A stretch of DNA of 64,000 nt from Eledone cirrhosa (lineage: Eukaryota), in contig OZ024749.1 of assembly GCA_964016885.1 (NCBI GenBank), positions 6,572,001 through 6,636,000 of the forward strand. The letters are read 5' to 3'. Within the stretch, counting starts at the first letter, position 1, and every line of letters starts with the position of its first letter. Positions 25,877-43,800 of this stretch are shown piece by piece. The translations under genes and the position numbers were made by a program. The notes below the pieces were generated by a model, which saw only the letters and a list, made by a program, of their open reading frames with translations, did no database searches and was not told the origin of the DNA.

Positions 25877-26104
25877 TTATGTCTTCATTACGTTTATTGA
25901 GTAGTGACATGTGTTCCATGATTGATCAGCTCAAGGTTGATCTGGACTGACTCTGGAATCAAAAGCTCGTCAGTTCAGCTACCACAACAGAAATCTGATG
26001 AACTTTTGATTCCAGAGTTGGGCCAGATCAATACAGATCAAACCTTCAGCTGATCAATAGCAAAACATGCGTCACTACTCAATAAACGCAACGAGGACAT
26101 AATA
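25877..26104. repeat. Diverged inverted repeat pair with decayed HHR-like cores
   Basis: gtttattgagtagtgac/gtcactactcaataaac and ctctggaatcaaaag/cttttgattccagag. Confidence 0.7.
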
Positions 26105-26780
26105 AATGGCCCTTTAAGCAAGGAAAAGCAGACATAAAATGATGATGATATATATATATATGCATGTGTGTGGGTTTGTGTGTTGTACAAAATGGTAGAG
26201 TTTATATAAAGCATTAGGAAACATGTGGTTAGGCTTGTTCTGTAAAAGCCAGTACAATATAAGCTAGACATGTAGGAGTGAAAATTAAAGTAAATAAAGT
26301 AAAAAAAAAAAAGGTTAAATGTTTACCTAATATTCCTTGATATTTTGAGGATCTGTTATTTTGCTAATTACTGTTAGTACCAATCAAAAAATAGGAGGGT
26401 GTACAGTTGATTTCATTCACTGTGACCTCCACAATATGGCCTTGTCTACCTCAGAATATATTGACCACTGAGTTTCTTTTTTCTTAAAAAATTAAAGTGT
26501 AATTTGAGGGGATTGTGGCTGTTATTTCTAGCAGATCGAGTAACAGAGTACTTTAGTATTACTGTAAAAATAATTTACAGTGTAGGTACTGGCTTAATAT
26601 CTAGGTTATTAGAGTTTCATTCCTTCCCACTGGGGCATTGTGCCCTTGAACAAGACACTCAGTTTCACATTACCCCTATTTACTCAGCCTGAAAACATAA
26701 ATCAGTTATGTTTGTATTTAAAAGGGCCAGTGTTACCGCACACTGTATCATGTTGAATATTCTTGAACAAACCACGCCAA

Positions 26781-28770
26781 CCCTTTAGTATTTAAACCTA
26801 TATTTACTATTGTATTTTCACAGTAAACAATTTATTCCACATAATGTAGAATCTACGAGATTTCGATATTATTAATTTTGAGAACAATAACTTAACATCA
26901 GTATGAGCAGCTGGTTACAGGTGCTTTGAACCATACTGATGTTAAGGTATTGTTCTCAAAACAAATAATACCAAAATCATATACATTCAATATTATGTGT
27001 GATAATAATGTGAGGTAAAGCCTTTACCATGAAAATACAATAGTATATATAGAGCAATGTAAATGTTATGTGAGATATTATGTGAGGTAAAGCCTTTACC
27101 AAGAAAATACAATAGTATATATAGAGCAATGTAAATGTTATGTGTGATAATAATGTGAGGTAAAGCCTTTACCATGAAAATACAATAGTATATATAGAGT
27201 AATGTAAATGTTATGTGAGATATTATATGAGATATTATGTGAGGTAAAGCCTTTACCAAGAAAATACAATAGTATGTATAGAGCAATGTAAATGTTATGT
27301 GAGATATTATATGAGATATTATGTGAGGTATAGCCTTTACCAAGAAAATACAATAGTATATATAGAGCAATGTAAATGTTATGTGTGATAATAATGTGAG
27401 GTAAAGCCTTTACCATGAAAATACAATAGTATATATATAGAGCAATGTAAATGTTATGTGAGATATTATGTGAGGTATTATATGAGGTAAAGTCTTTACT
27501 GTGAAAATACAATAGTATATGGACAGTAATGTAAATGTTATAGGAGATAATTATGTGAGGTAAGGCCTTTACCATGAAAATGCAATAGGAAATATAGAGT
27601 AATGTAAATGTTATGTGAGATATTATGTGAGGTAAAGCCTTTACTGTGAACATACAATAGTATATATAGAGTAATGTAAATGTTATGTGAGATATTATGT
27701 GAGGTAAAGCCTTTACTGTGAACATACAATAGTATATATAGAGTAATGTAAATGTTATGTGAGATATTATGTGAAGTAAAGCCTTTACTGTGAACATACA
27801 ATAGTATATATAGAGTAATGTAAATGTTATGTGAGATATTATGTAAGGTAAAGCCTTTACTGTGAACATACAATAGTATATATAGAGTAATGTAAATGTT
27901 ATGTGAGATATTATGTGAAGTAAAGCCTTTACTGTGAACATACAATAGTATATATAGAGTAATGTAAATGTTATGTGAGATATTATGTAAGGTAAAGCCT
28001 TTACTGTGAACATACAATAGTATATATAGAGTAATGTAAATGTTATGTGAGATATTATGTGAAGTAAAGCCTTTACTGTGAACATACAATAGTATATATA
28101 GAGTAATGTAAATGTTATGTGAGATATTATGTGAGGTAAAGCCTTTACTGTGAAAATACAATTGTATATATAGAGTAATGTAAATGTTATGAGATATTAT
28201 GTGAGGTAAAGCCTTTACTGTGAAAATACAATAGTATATATAGAGTAATGTAAATGTTATGTGAGATATTATGTGAGGTAAAGCCTTTACTGTGAAAATA
28301 CAATAGTATATATAGAGTAATGTAAATGTTATGTGAGATATTATGTGAAGTAAAGCCTTTACTGTGAACATACGATAGTATATATAGAGTAATGTAAATG
28401 TTATGTGAGATATTATGTGAGGTAAAGCCTTTACTGTGAAAATACAATAGTATATATAGAGTAATGTAAATGTTATGTGAGATATTATCAGAGGTAAAGC
28501 CTTTACTGTGAAAATACAATAGTATATATAGAGTAATGTAAATGTTATGCAAGATATTATCAGAGGTAAAGCCTTTACTGTGAAAATACAATAGTATATA
28601 TAGAGTAATGTAAATGTTATGTGAGATATTATTTGAGTTAAAGCCTTTACTGTGAAAATACAATAGTATATATAGAGTAATGTAAATGTTATGTGAGATA
28701 TTATGTGAGGTAAAGCCTTTACTGTGAAAATACAAGATTATATATATAGAGTAATGTAAATACTAAAGGG
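26781..28770. mobile_element. piggyBac-type MITE expanded by a 72-bp satellite (~26990-28760, ~24 units)
   Basis: Ends ccctttagtattta / taaatactaaaggg followed by TTAA; unit gtaaagcctttactgtgaaaatacaatagtatatatagagtaatgtaaatgttatgtgagatattatgtgag. Confidence 0.8.
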
Positions 28771-29204
28771 TTAAGATGACACATTTCCGTGGAATACTCA
28801 GCCACATACATTGTAAATTATGATGGACCTGGCTGTCAATAGATCAAACAGCTGTAAGATTTGTTGTCAGAGTCCAACACAAGTCCAACACAAATATAGA
28901 AGCCAAAGATAAAAGAAACTTAAACCCCTGAAGTCTTAAACAAGAAACTAGACACCTTGTTGACATACAAAGTCATAAATCAAATGTTTATGATACAATA
29001 TATCTGACCTCACATAGATTGTCTTGAGCCCACAAATCACCTGTGTGTGTGCTTGTGTGTGTACATGTCTGTGTGTATGTGTGTGTGTGTGTGTACATGT
29101 AGTGTGTCAGTATTTAGGATTTGTGTATTTAATATAGATTTAGCAGGGGGGTGTTACATGTTCAGATAAATGTTATTCACCTACTATAATCTGTATAATA
29201 CATA

Positions 29205-29207
29205 TAA

Positions 29208-29243
<36 letters not shown>

Positions 29244-29270
29244 ATATATATATATATATATAAACATATA

Positions 29271-29335
<65 letters not shown>

Positions 29336-29510
29336 TCATCATCTTCGTTTAACGGCCATTTTCCACGCTAGCATGGGTTATACATATATATATATATACA
29401 CACACACACATATATACTATATATATATAGATAAATCTTATTCACCTTCTATAATCTGTATAATACATATATGTATATATATAAATATGTATATATATAT
29501 GTATATAAAC

Positions 29511-29541
<31 letters not shown>

Positions 29542-29573
29542 AACATATATATATATGTATATATATATATATA

Positions 29574-29668
<95 letters not shown>

Positions 29669-29993
29669 TCATCATCATCTTCGTTTAACGTCCATTTTCC
29701 ACGTTAGCATGGGTTATACATATATATATACACACACACACACACGCATATATATATATATGTGTGTGAGTGAGTGTGTGTGTACATATATATATACATA
29801 CATATATATATAGAGAGAGAGAAGAGAGACAGGGTGAGAGGATCAGAGGTGTATATATGAAAACATTTATAAATATATATACTTTGATATACAATAAACA
29901 TATGGGGAGCCTGGCTATATATCTTTATATGCTTGAACAGTGTCTTAGGGACTCTGCAAATGATATATACATATATATATATGTGTGTGTGTT

Positions 29994-30040
<47 letters not shown>

Positions 30041-30197
30041 ATATGTATACAAATATACGCACACACACGCACACATATATATATATATGAAAACGCATAT
30101 ATATATATACATATACAGACACATATATATATATATATATTCTTATATATTCATATGTATATATATATGAATATATATATACATGTGTCTGTATATG

Positions 30198-30255
<58 letters not shown>

Positions 30256-30372
30256 CACACATATATACATGAATATATACACAAACACATACATATCTAT
30301 AACTTATAAAACGTTTACATATATATGTATATATATATATATATATATACATATATATATTTATACATATAC

Positions 30373-30407
<35 letters not shown>

Positions 30408-30877
30408 TGGCTTAGTGGTTAGAGCATTGGCCTTGCAATCGAAAGGTTGTGAGTTCAATTCTCAGACCGGGTGATGTGTTGTTTCCTTGAGCAAGACACT
30501 TTATTTCACATTGCTCCAGTTTACTCAGCTGTAGAAATGAGGTGATAGGGAATGGGGTCCATATCATTCCACTGCAAAGTGGTCGTGGAGGTGCCACGGC
30601 AAAAAAGCACCCAGCACTCACTGTAAATGAGGTTGGTGTTAGGAAGGGCATCCAGCTGTAGAAATCAAGCCAGAATTAGTTCTCGTCCCACCCTTGCAAG
30701 CAGGGAAAAGCGGACGTAAAATGATGATGATGATGATATACATATATATATTTATACATATACATATATATATATATATGTATATATATATACATATATA
30801 CATATATATATTTATACATATATATATATATATGTATATATATATACATATATACATATATATATTTATACATATAC

Positions 30878-30908
<31 letters not shown>

Positions 30909-31049
30909 CATATATACATATATATATTTATACATATACATATATATATATGTATACATATATACATATATACATATATATATTCATACATATATATATA
31001 TATATGTATATATATATACATATATACATATATATATTTATACATATAC

Positions 31050-31080
<31 letters not shown>

Positions 31081-31140
31081 ATATATACATATATATATTT
31101 ATACATATACATATATATATATATATATTTATACATATAC

Positions 31141-31182
<42 letters not shown>

Positions 31183-31234
31183 GTATACATATACCTCTAT
31201 ATATATATATATATATTTATACATATACCTATAT

Positions 31235-31272
<38 letters not shown>

Positions 31273-31298
31273 ACATATATATATATATATATATATGT

Positions 31299-31378
<80 letters not shown>

Positions 31379-31471
31379 ATACATATATATATATATATGT
31401 ATACATATATATATATATGTATACATATATATATATATATAGTTATATATATATATATATATATACATATA

Positions 31472-31546
<75 letters not shown>

Positions 31547-31620
31547 TATATATATATATCTGATATATATATATATATATATGTGATATATATATATATG
31601 TATACATATATATATATATA

Positions 31621-31701
<81 letters not shown>

Positions 31702-31969
31702 ATATATATATATATGATATATATATATATATATCTGACTTGATACTGATAACTAGGGAGGTCATGTCCAACCTTGTAGATATTCCTATCAATTCATTGG
31801 TTTTTGTTTTTGTTTTTGATTTTTCTTCTTTACTTGTTCACAAGGAAAGAGAATAACAGATAGTTGAACATATTAATGGCTACACACACACACACACACA
31901 CATGTGTGTGCGCGTACATGCATATCTCCAAATGAGTGTGTTTGACCAAATATATATATATATATGTAC

Positions 31970-32001
<32 letters not shown>

Positions 32002-32300
32002 ATATGTGTATGCACAAATGAGTATGTTTGTCCATATAAATATATATATGTACATATATATATATATATATGTGTGTGTGTACATGCACACATGCATGTG
32101 AACATGCATGTGTGTACACTCACACATGCATGTGAACATGCGTGTGTTTCTCTACATGCATGTATATGTGTGTACATGTATATGCATGTATATGATTGAG
32201 TGTATTTGTCCATATATATATATATGTCTGTGTGTGTATAAACACACATCAGCATAGCAAAACACAAGTATGATGATGATATATATATATATATATATAA
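29205..32300. repeat. Extended (TA)n/(CA)n microsatellite field with short RTE-tail inserts (29332, 29666) and a family B SINE (30405-30737)
   Basis: Direct inspection. Confidence 0.9.
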
Positions 32301-33112
32301 AGAAAAAGAGATGAAATCGAAAATGCAACTGGAGTCTTATTTTTTTATAAAATATATATATTTATTTGGTTCCTTTACCGGTTTCACATTTCTTCTGCTT
32401 TTCAAAAGGTGAGTTGAGATGGAGGGTCTGTGGTTTTTCTCACATCTGGTTGGTCTCTGAATGTTACTTGTTTTATATGGAAAAAGTGGCTCGAAATGCC
32501 AGGTTTTTCGAGAAGTAATTTGATTGGTTTGTCAATAATTATAATAAATTTCGCGCCAGTTCGCGTTACAATAGTTCTTCAAATAAGAGAGGGGGGGGGG
32601 GGGGGGTTCACAGGTTGTTTTTTCATATATGAGTGTTTGAATTTCTTTTTACTTGAAAGCCAACCAAAAAAAAGCCTTCGTGAGCCTCCTTTTTTCAAGT
32701 AAAAAGAAATTCAAACACTCATATATGAAAAAACAACCTGTGACAACCCCCCCCCCCCCCCTCTCTTATTTGAAGAACTATTGTAACGCGAACTGGCGCG
32801 AAATTAATTATAATTATTGACAAACCAATCAAATTACTTCTCGAAAAACCTGGCATTTCGAGCCACTTTTTCCATATAAAACAAGTAACATTCAGAGACC
32901 AACCAGATGTGAGAAAAACCACAGACCCTCCATCTCAACTCACCTTTTGAAAAGCAGAAGAACTGCGAAACCGGTAAAGGAACCAAATAAATATAAATAT
33001 TTTATAAAAAAATAAGACTCCAGTTGCATTTTCGATTTCATCTCTTTTTCTTTATACTTTCACTCATGTAGGACACCTCGGTTATTTTTCATTTTGTAAA
33101 AAAAAACCTCAC

Positions 33113-33120
<8 letters not shown>
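32298..33120. mobile_element. Large palindromic element, ~360-bp arms, mirror HHR variants
   Basis: 32298-32659 inverse of 32694-33053, short spacer; explains mirror ORFs 32430-32702 and 32719-32922; (TA)n flanks. Confidence 0.88.
32943..32980 (+). ncRNA. Hammerhead variant with U3-A8 core (mirror at 32372-32409 on minus)
   Basis: cctt-TTGAAAA-gcag aagaa ctgc-GAAA-ccgg-TA-aagg. Confidence 0.7.
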
Positions 33121-33144
<24 letters not shown>

Positions 33145-33229
33145 GCTAATAAGTTAAACATGACTTGGGCCAATACAGGCTGAAACCTATCAAAGTTATA
33201 TAGTTAGTCATACAAATATATATATATAT

Positions 33230-33585
33230 GGAGGCACATGGCTTACTGGTTAGAACATTGGCCTTGCAATCGAAAGGTTGTGAGTTCAATTCTCAGATCA
33301 GGTGATGTGTTGTTTCCTTGAGCAAGACACTTTATTTCACATTGATCCAGTTTACTCAGCTGTAGAAATGAGATGATAGGGACTTCAGTGGAATGATAGG
33401 ACTGGGGTACCTATCATTCCACTGCAAAGTAGTCGTGGAGATGCCACGGCAAAAAAGGCACCGAGCACTCCCTCTAAATGAGGTTGGTGTTAGGAAGGGC
33501 ATCCAGCTGTAGAAATCAAGCCAGAATCAGTTCCCGTCCCACCCTTGCAAGCAAGGAAAAGCAGACGTAAAATGAAATGATGATG
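33230..33585 (+). mobile_element. Family B SINE
   Basis: Full head-core-tail. Confidence 0.9.
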
Positions 33586-33892
33586 ATATATATCTATCTA
33601 TCTAGGGCGGGTAAAATTCCCGAGATCCATGGACGAGTTCTCTCCAGCGGTCTCTGTCCCTCATTATCGCTGCCATGTCCTGTGTCTCCAGTAGTTAAAC
33701 CATGAATATTACAACCATGTGTTTTGTTGTTCTATCACAAGGAACGGTACTTGCTGGCGTCCATGGCATACACTGCTGCCATCTACATAGTACTTCCAGG
33801 ACATCTTACCTTGGCTTGAACACTCAGAATTTTTCACCTTTTTGACAGCTTAGTAAGGTTGTTTCCTTTTAAAAGAATCAATTATTATTATT

Positions 33893-34312
33893 TGGCTTTA
33901 TTGGTAGAGGGTCGGACGCCATGCTTTGCAGCATAGAGTTACGGCTCTTTATGATCTGAGCTCAAATCCTGCCGAGGTTAACTTTGCCTTTCATCCTTAT
34001 GGGGTCGATAAAATAAAGTACCAGTCACGCACTGGGGTCGATCTAATCGACTTTCCCCTCCCCCCCAAATTACTGGCTTTGTGCCTATATAAGAAACCAT
34101 TATTATTATTATTATTATTACTGGCGGCAGATCGGCAGTATCGGTAGAAAGTCGGACGCCATGGTTTGCAGCATAGAGTTACAGCCCTTTATGATATAAG
34201 TTCAAAACTGCCGATGTTAACTTTGCCTTTCATCCTTATGGGGACAATAAAATAAAGTACCAGTAATACACTGGCGTAATTGCTGACCTTGTGTCAAAAG
34301 TAGAAGCATTAT
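33893..34312 (+). mobile_element. Two tandem family A SINEs
   Basis: Two head-core-tail units separated by (ATT)n. Confidence 0.85.
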
Positions 34313-34324
34313 CATTATTCACTA

Positions 34325-34682
34325 TAACCCATATTTACATTTATGTATCTGCTATGCTAGAGCGAGAAATCAAGTTTCAATTATGTTTTTAATTTTCGGC
34401 AAGGCCAGCTGTAAAATGGCTCGGTATGCAAATGAGGCTAATCAGCCAATCTATACAATAGAAAACAATTTATATTTTCAACAGTTCAATCAAGTAGCAT
34501 AGAGGTATACAGTCCTGATGAAGGGCAATGACCCAGAAACATGTTGATTGTTCCTCGGTGCTACTGTTGAACAAATGGATGATGATAGCCATCAAGGCAC
34601 AGCATAGCTTATTTGGGCCGTTTGCTTGCAAACAGATTGAACATCATTATCCTTATTTGATCTAACCCATACTTACATTTAT
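34325..34682 (+). mobile_element. Retrozyme-like element, 338-bp unit with 20-bp terminal direct repeats
   Basis: taacccata(t/c)ttacatttat at 34325 and 34663; similar to the 11201-11895 element. Confidence 0.65.
34509..34551 (+). ncRNA. Minimal type I hammerhead ribozyme
   Basis: acagtc-CTGATGA-agggcaatgaccca-GAAA-catg-TT-gattgt. Confidence 0.78.
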
Positions 34683-34732
34683 ATATATATAAATATATAC
34701 CTGCATATATATCAATATATATATACATTACA

Positions 34733-35140
34733 GTTTTACATCTGTTCTTCCACGCTAGGATGGGTTAGACGGGTTGTCCTGTTGTGGGCAGTATCTGGTC
34801 GGCTGACCTTAATTTACTCATACAGGAACTGATTCTGGCTTGACTCTACAGCTGGATGCCCTTCCTAACACCAACTTCATTTACAGTGAGTGATGGGTGC
34901 TTTTTTTCTTTCCGTGGCGCCTACACGTCCACTTTACAGTGTGGGCTGGGTGCTTTTTTGTCGTGGCACCTCCACAACCACTTTGCAGTGGAATGATAGG
35001 GACCCCAGTCCCTATCATCTCACTTCTACAGCTGAGTAAACTGGAGCAAAGCAATGTGAAATAAAGTGTCTTGCTCAAGGAAACAAGACATCACCCGGTC
35101 TGAGAATTGCAAGCCCAATGCTCTTACCACTAAGTCATGC
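34733..35140 (-). mobile_element. Family B SINE
   Basis: Reverse-complement tail-core-head. Confidence 0.85.
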
Positions 35141-35414
35141 ACCTTCACATGTATAATTATAAATTTATATATGTGTATATATCTATACACATATATATAT
35201 ATATATATATATACAATCATATTATATGTTAGTCTGAAAGAAAGTTATTACATATATGACATTTCTCACTGAAATACAAAACTTTACAAATAAATTTAGA
35301 AAAATAGAGAGATGTGAAGAAGAGTTTGGAAATTTCTTGAAGCATTCAGTTTGTGACGTGTTCAGGTTTCATTTTTGATCATTAGACAACACCTCCACCA
35401 CATAGCATGAAAAC

Positions 35415-39215
<3,801 letters not shown>

Positions 39216-39254
39216 TGTTTAGCCACACAGTTTTTTTCATAATTATTATTTCTA

Positions 39255-39665
39255 TGGGGTCGATAAAATAAAGTACCAGTAATACACTGGTAAATTGCTG
39301 GCCTTGTGCCCATAGTAGAAACAATTATTATTACTGTTCAAATCCCGCCGAGGTTAACTTTGCCTCTCATCCTTACGGGGTCGATAAAATAAAAATAAAG
39401 TACCAGTAATGCACTGGGATAATTGCTAGCCTTGTGCCAAAAATAGAAACAATTATTATTATTACTATTGTTGTGGTGGATTGGCAGTATCGGTAGAGGG
39501 TCAGATGCCATGCTTTGATGCATAGAGTTACGGCCCTTTTCCATTCTGAGTTCAAATCCCGCCGAGGTTAACTTTGCCTTTCATCCTTACAGGGTCGATA
39601 AAATAAAAGTACCAGTGATACACTGGGTAATTGCTGGCCTTGTTCCAAAAGTAGAAACAATTATT
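39255..39665 (+). mobile_element. Cluster of family A SINE copies/fragments
   Basis: Three core/tail repeats. Confidence 0.85.
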
Positions 39666-39794
39666 ACTATTGTTGCTCATATTATTATTATCATTATTTT
39701 CTTCAATATTTTCAGCTTATTTCTGTTTTCACTTTTCTTCCATCTTTAATTTATACATAAAATGGAACTGAAAACATGGGTAAAATAATTTTCT

Positions 39795-40350
39795 ATAGGC
39801 ACTGTAAACTGAGCATATTTTGTATAGACATTGTAACCCCAGCATATTTTCCATAGGCACTGTAACTTCAGAATATTTTCTATAGTCATTGTGACCTCAG
39901 CATATTTTGTATAGGCACTGTGACCTCGGCATATGTTGTATAGGCACTGTAACTTCAGAATATTTTCTATGGGCACTTTAACCTCAGCATACTTTCTATA
40001 GGCACTGTATTCCACATATTTTCTATAGTCTCTGTAACCTCAGCATATTTTGTATAGGCACTGTGACCTCAGTATATGTTGAATAGGCACAGTAACCTCA
40101 ACATATATTATATAGGCACTGTGACCTTTGTATATTTTGTATAGGTACTGTAACCTCAGTATATGTTGTTTAGGCACAGTAACCATGTATTGTATAGGCA
40201 CAGTAACCATGTATTGTATAGGGCACAGTAATCTCTACAAGTGTTGTATAGTCAATATAACCTTAGTATATTTTGTATAGGCACTGTAATCTCCCCTTAT
40301 GTTGTATAAGCATTGTGATTTCCACATGTTTTATAGGCACTGTAACTTCA
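39795..40350. repeat. Degenerate ~29-bp tandem repeat
   Basis: taggcactgtaacctcagcatattttgta variants. Confidence 0.88.
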
Positions 40351-40802
40351 TATCTTTGTTATCTTTTAATGAACAAACAAAAAAAAAAACTTGACAGAAA
40401 TCGAATTACTAGAGAGAGAGAGATATAAAGAAAGAAAGAGAGGCTGGGAGATGGATAGAGAGATTGATTGAGATATTGAGAAAAAGATTGAGAAAGAGAT
40501 ATAGGGAATAGAAAGAAGGGCACGTGCACCTTTGAAAATGTTTGTTGATTCCAGTTTCCAATGACAAGATCAGCTGCGTTTATGTATGGGGAAGAAATTC
40601 TTAATTTTTCCAAATTCCATTAACTTTCATTCAGATTTTTATTTCAATTCCAAAGGTAATTAGTTTGGCACAGCTGATAGTATGTTGTATATGTGTTACT
40701 TGCCTCAGCATTCTGAGTTCAAACCCCTCTAAGGTCCCCACTTTGCTTTCCATCCATTTGGAGCCAATTAAAATAGTATGAGCCCACTCTTGGTGAAGCT
40801 CG

Positions 40803-42135
40803 GTCTCTCCCTCCAGCTGCCACATCATGAATGTTTCTCTGGCTTAAAGGAGAGAGGTGAGACGGTATCTGAGAGTGTTCAGGAATGCATGGGATGCAGT
40901 CCACTCCCTCCTCCCAGCTGTCACACCATGGATATTACTCTGGGTTAAAGGAGGGAGAGATGAGAGGGTATCTGTGTCTGCTCAGGAATGTATGGGATGC
41001 AGTCCACTACCTCCTCCCAGCTGTCACACCATGGATATTACTCTGGGTTAAAGGAGGGAGAGATGAGAAGGTATCAGTATTTACTCAGGAATGCATGGGA
41101 TGCAGTCCACTCCCTCCTCCCAGCTGTCACACCATGGATATTATTCTGGGTTAAAGGAGGGAGAGGTGAGAGGGTATCTGTGTTTACTCAGTAATGCATG
41201 GCATGCAGCCCACTACCACCTCCCAGCTGTCACACTATGGATATTACTCTGGGTGAAGGAGTGAGAGATGAGACCGCATCTGTGAGTGTTCAGGAATGCA
41301 TGGGATGCAGCCCACTCCCTCCTCCCAGCTGTCACACCATGGATATTACTCTGGGTTAAAGGAGGGAGAGGTGAGAGGGTGTCTGTGTCTGCTCAGTAAT
41401 GCATGGCATGCAGCCCACTACCACCTCCCAGCTGTCACACTATGGATATTACTCTGGGTTGAAGGAGTGAGAGATGAGAGGGTATCTGTATTTACTCAGG
41501 AATACATGGGATGCAGTTCACTCCCTCCCCCCAGCTGTCACACTATGGATATTACTCTGGGTTGAAGGAGTGAGAGATGAGACCGCATCTGTGAGTGTTC
41601 AGGAATGCATGGGATGCAGTCCTCTCCCTCCTCCCAGCTGTCACACTATGGATATTACTCTGGGTTAAAGGAGGGAGAGATGAGAGGGTATCTGTATTTA
41701 CTCAGGAATACATGGGATGCAGTTCACTCCCTCCCCCCAGCTGTCACACCATGGATATTACTCTGGGTTAAAGGAGGGAGAGATGAGAGGGTATCTGTGT
41801 CTGCTCAGTAATGCATGGGATGCAGCCCACTACCTCCCCCCAGCTGTCACACCATGGATATTACTCTGGGTTAAAGGAGGGAGAGATGAGAGGGTATCTG
41901 TGTTTACTCAGTAATGCATGGGATGCAGCCCACTACCTCCTCCCCCAGCTGTCACACCATGGATATTACTCTGGGTTAAAGGAGGGAGAGATGAGATGGC
42001 ACCTGTATTTACTCAGGAATGCATGGGAAACAGCCCACTACCTCCTCCCAGCTGTCACACCATGTATATTACTCTGGGTTGAAGGAGGGAGAGGTGAGAG
42101 GGTATCTGTGTCTGCTCAGTAATGCATCGGATGCA
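40803..42135. repeat. ~103-bp minisatellite, ~13 copies
   Basis: ctcccagctgtcacaccatggatattactctgggttaaaggagggagagatgagagggtatctg... Confidence 0.95.
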
Positions 42136-42185
42136 ACCAACTCTCACCTATGTTGATGAATAATCGGTGACCGGTGATGTGAAAA

Positions 42186-42311
42186 TAATTGTTTCTACTT
42201 TAGGCACAAGGCCAGCAATTACCCAGTGCATTACTGGTACTTTATTTTATCGAACCCGTAAGGACGAAAGGCAAAGTCAACCTCGGCGGGATTTGAACAC
42301 AGACCGTAAAG
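42186..42311 (-). mobile_element. Family A SINE, partial
   Basis: Tail, core and B box in reverse complement. Confidence 0.85.
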
Positions 42312-42496
42312 GTAATGTGAAAATAATGTGGGATAGATATTGTTGGAAGGTGGAGGTGGTAAGAGGTAGGAAGCTGTGTTAAATTTAGGACTCAGGTAGA
42401 GTGTGTACCTGAAGAGGGGTCATAACACTTGATTGGAAATATACTGCATAGAAAACTGTTTTCTATTTCCTGTCTTCGTGGGGAATGTACATTGAT

Positions 42497-43744
42497 ATGA
42501 TGATGATGATGATGATGGTGGTGGTGCCACCATGATACTGATGATAATATCGACAAACACGGTTGGGATGATGAGGAGGGGGGTGAGGAGGAGGGGGTGG
42601 GGGTGATGAGGAGGGGCGGACAGTGATGATGAGGGGGATGGTGATGGTGATGGTGATCATGATCATGATGATGGTGAGGAGGAGGAGTAGGAATAATGAT
42701 TGTCATGATGATGATGATGATAATTATGATTGCTATGATGGTGATGATGATGATAATTATGATTGCTATGATGGCGATGATGATAATTATGATTGCTATG
42801 GTGATGAAGATGATAATTATGATTGCTATGATGATGATGATGATGATAATTATGATTGCTATGATGGTGATGATAATTATGATTGCTATGATGATGATGA
42901 TGATAATTATGATTGCTGTGATGATGATGATTATGATTGCTATGATGGTGATGATGATGATAATTATGATTGCTATGATGGTGATGATGATGATAATTAT
43001 GATTGCTATGATGGTGATGATGATGATGATAATTATGATTGCTATGATGGTGATGATGATGATGATAATTATGATTGCTATGATGGTGAAGCTGAAGACA
43101 ATGGTGGTAGTTACTATTTGATATATTACAGTTGGTAGATAAAAGCTACAACACTAAATGAATGGAAGGACTTCTGTAGAATGTTATCAACACAGTGTCA
43201 CACACACACACACACACGCACACACACACACACACATATATGCACACACACACACACACACACATACATACACATATTATATATATATATGTATACACAC
43301 ACACACACACACAAACATACACATATATATATATATATATGTATACACACACACACACACAAACATACACATATTATATATATATATATGTATACACACA
43401 CACACAAACATACACATATTATATATATGTATACACACACACACACAAACATACACATATATATATATATATGTATACACACAAACATACATATATTATA
43501 TATATATATGTATACACACACACGCACGCACATACATACACATATTATATATATGTATACACACACACACACACATACATACACATATTATATATATGTA
43601 TACACACACACACACACATACATACACATATATATATATATATACACACACACACAAACATACACATATTATATATATGTATACACACACATAAATAGAT
43701 GTATGTATACATATATGCATGCACATGCACACATATGTATACAT

Positions 43745-43787
<43 letters not shown>

Positions 43788-43800
43788 CATACATATATGC
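42497..43800. repeat. (GAT)n-derived gataattatgattgctat repeat, then CA/TA mixed repeat
   Basis: Direct inspection. Confidence 0.9.

Noticed and set aside
26993-28735. ORFs with a 24-aa repeat
   Set aside because: Product of the 72-bp satellite; frames switch at indels
33810-33865. Minus-strand AG...aag|GTAAGA exon
   Set aside because: Stops in all three frames; could only be non-coding
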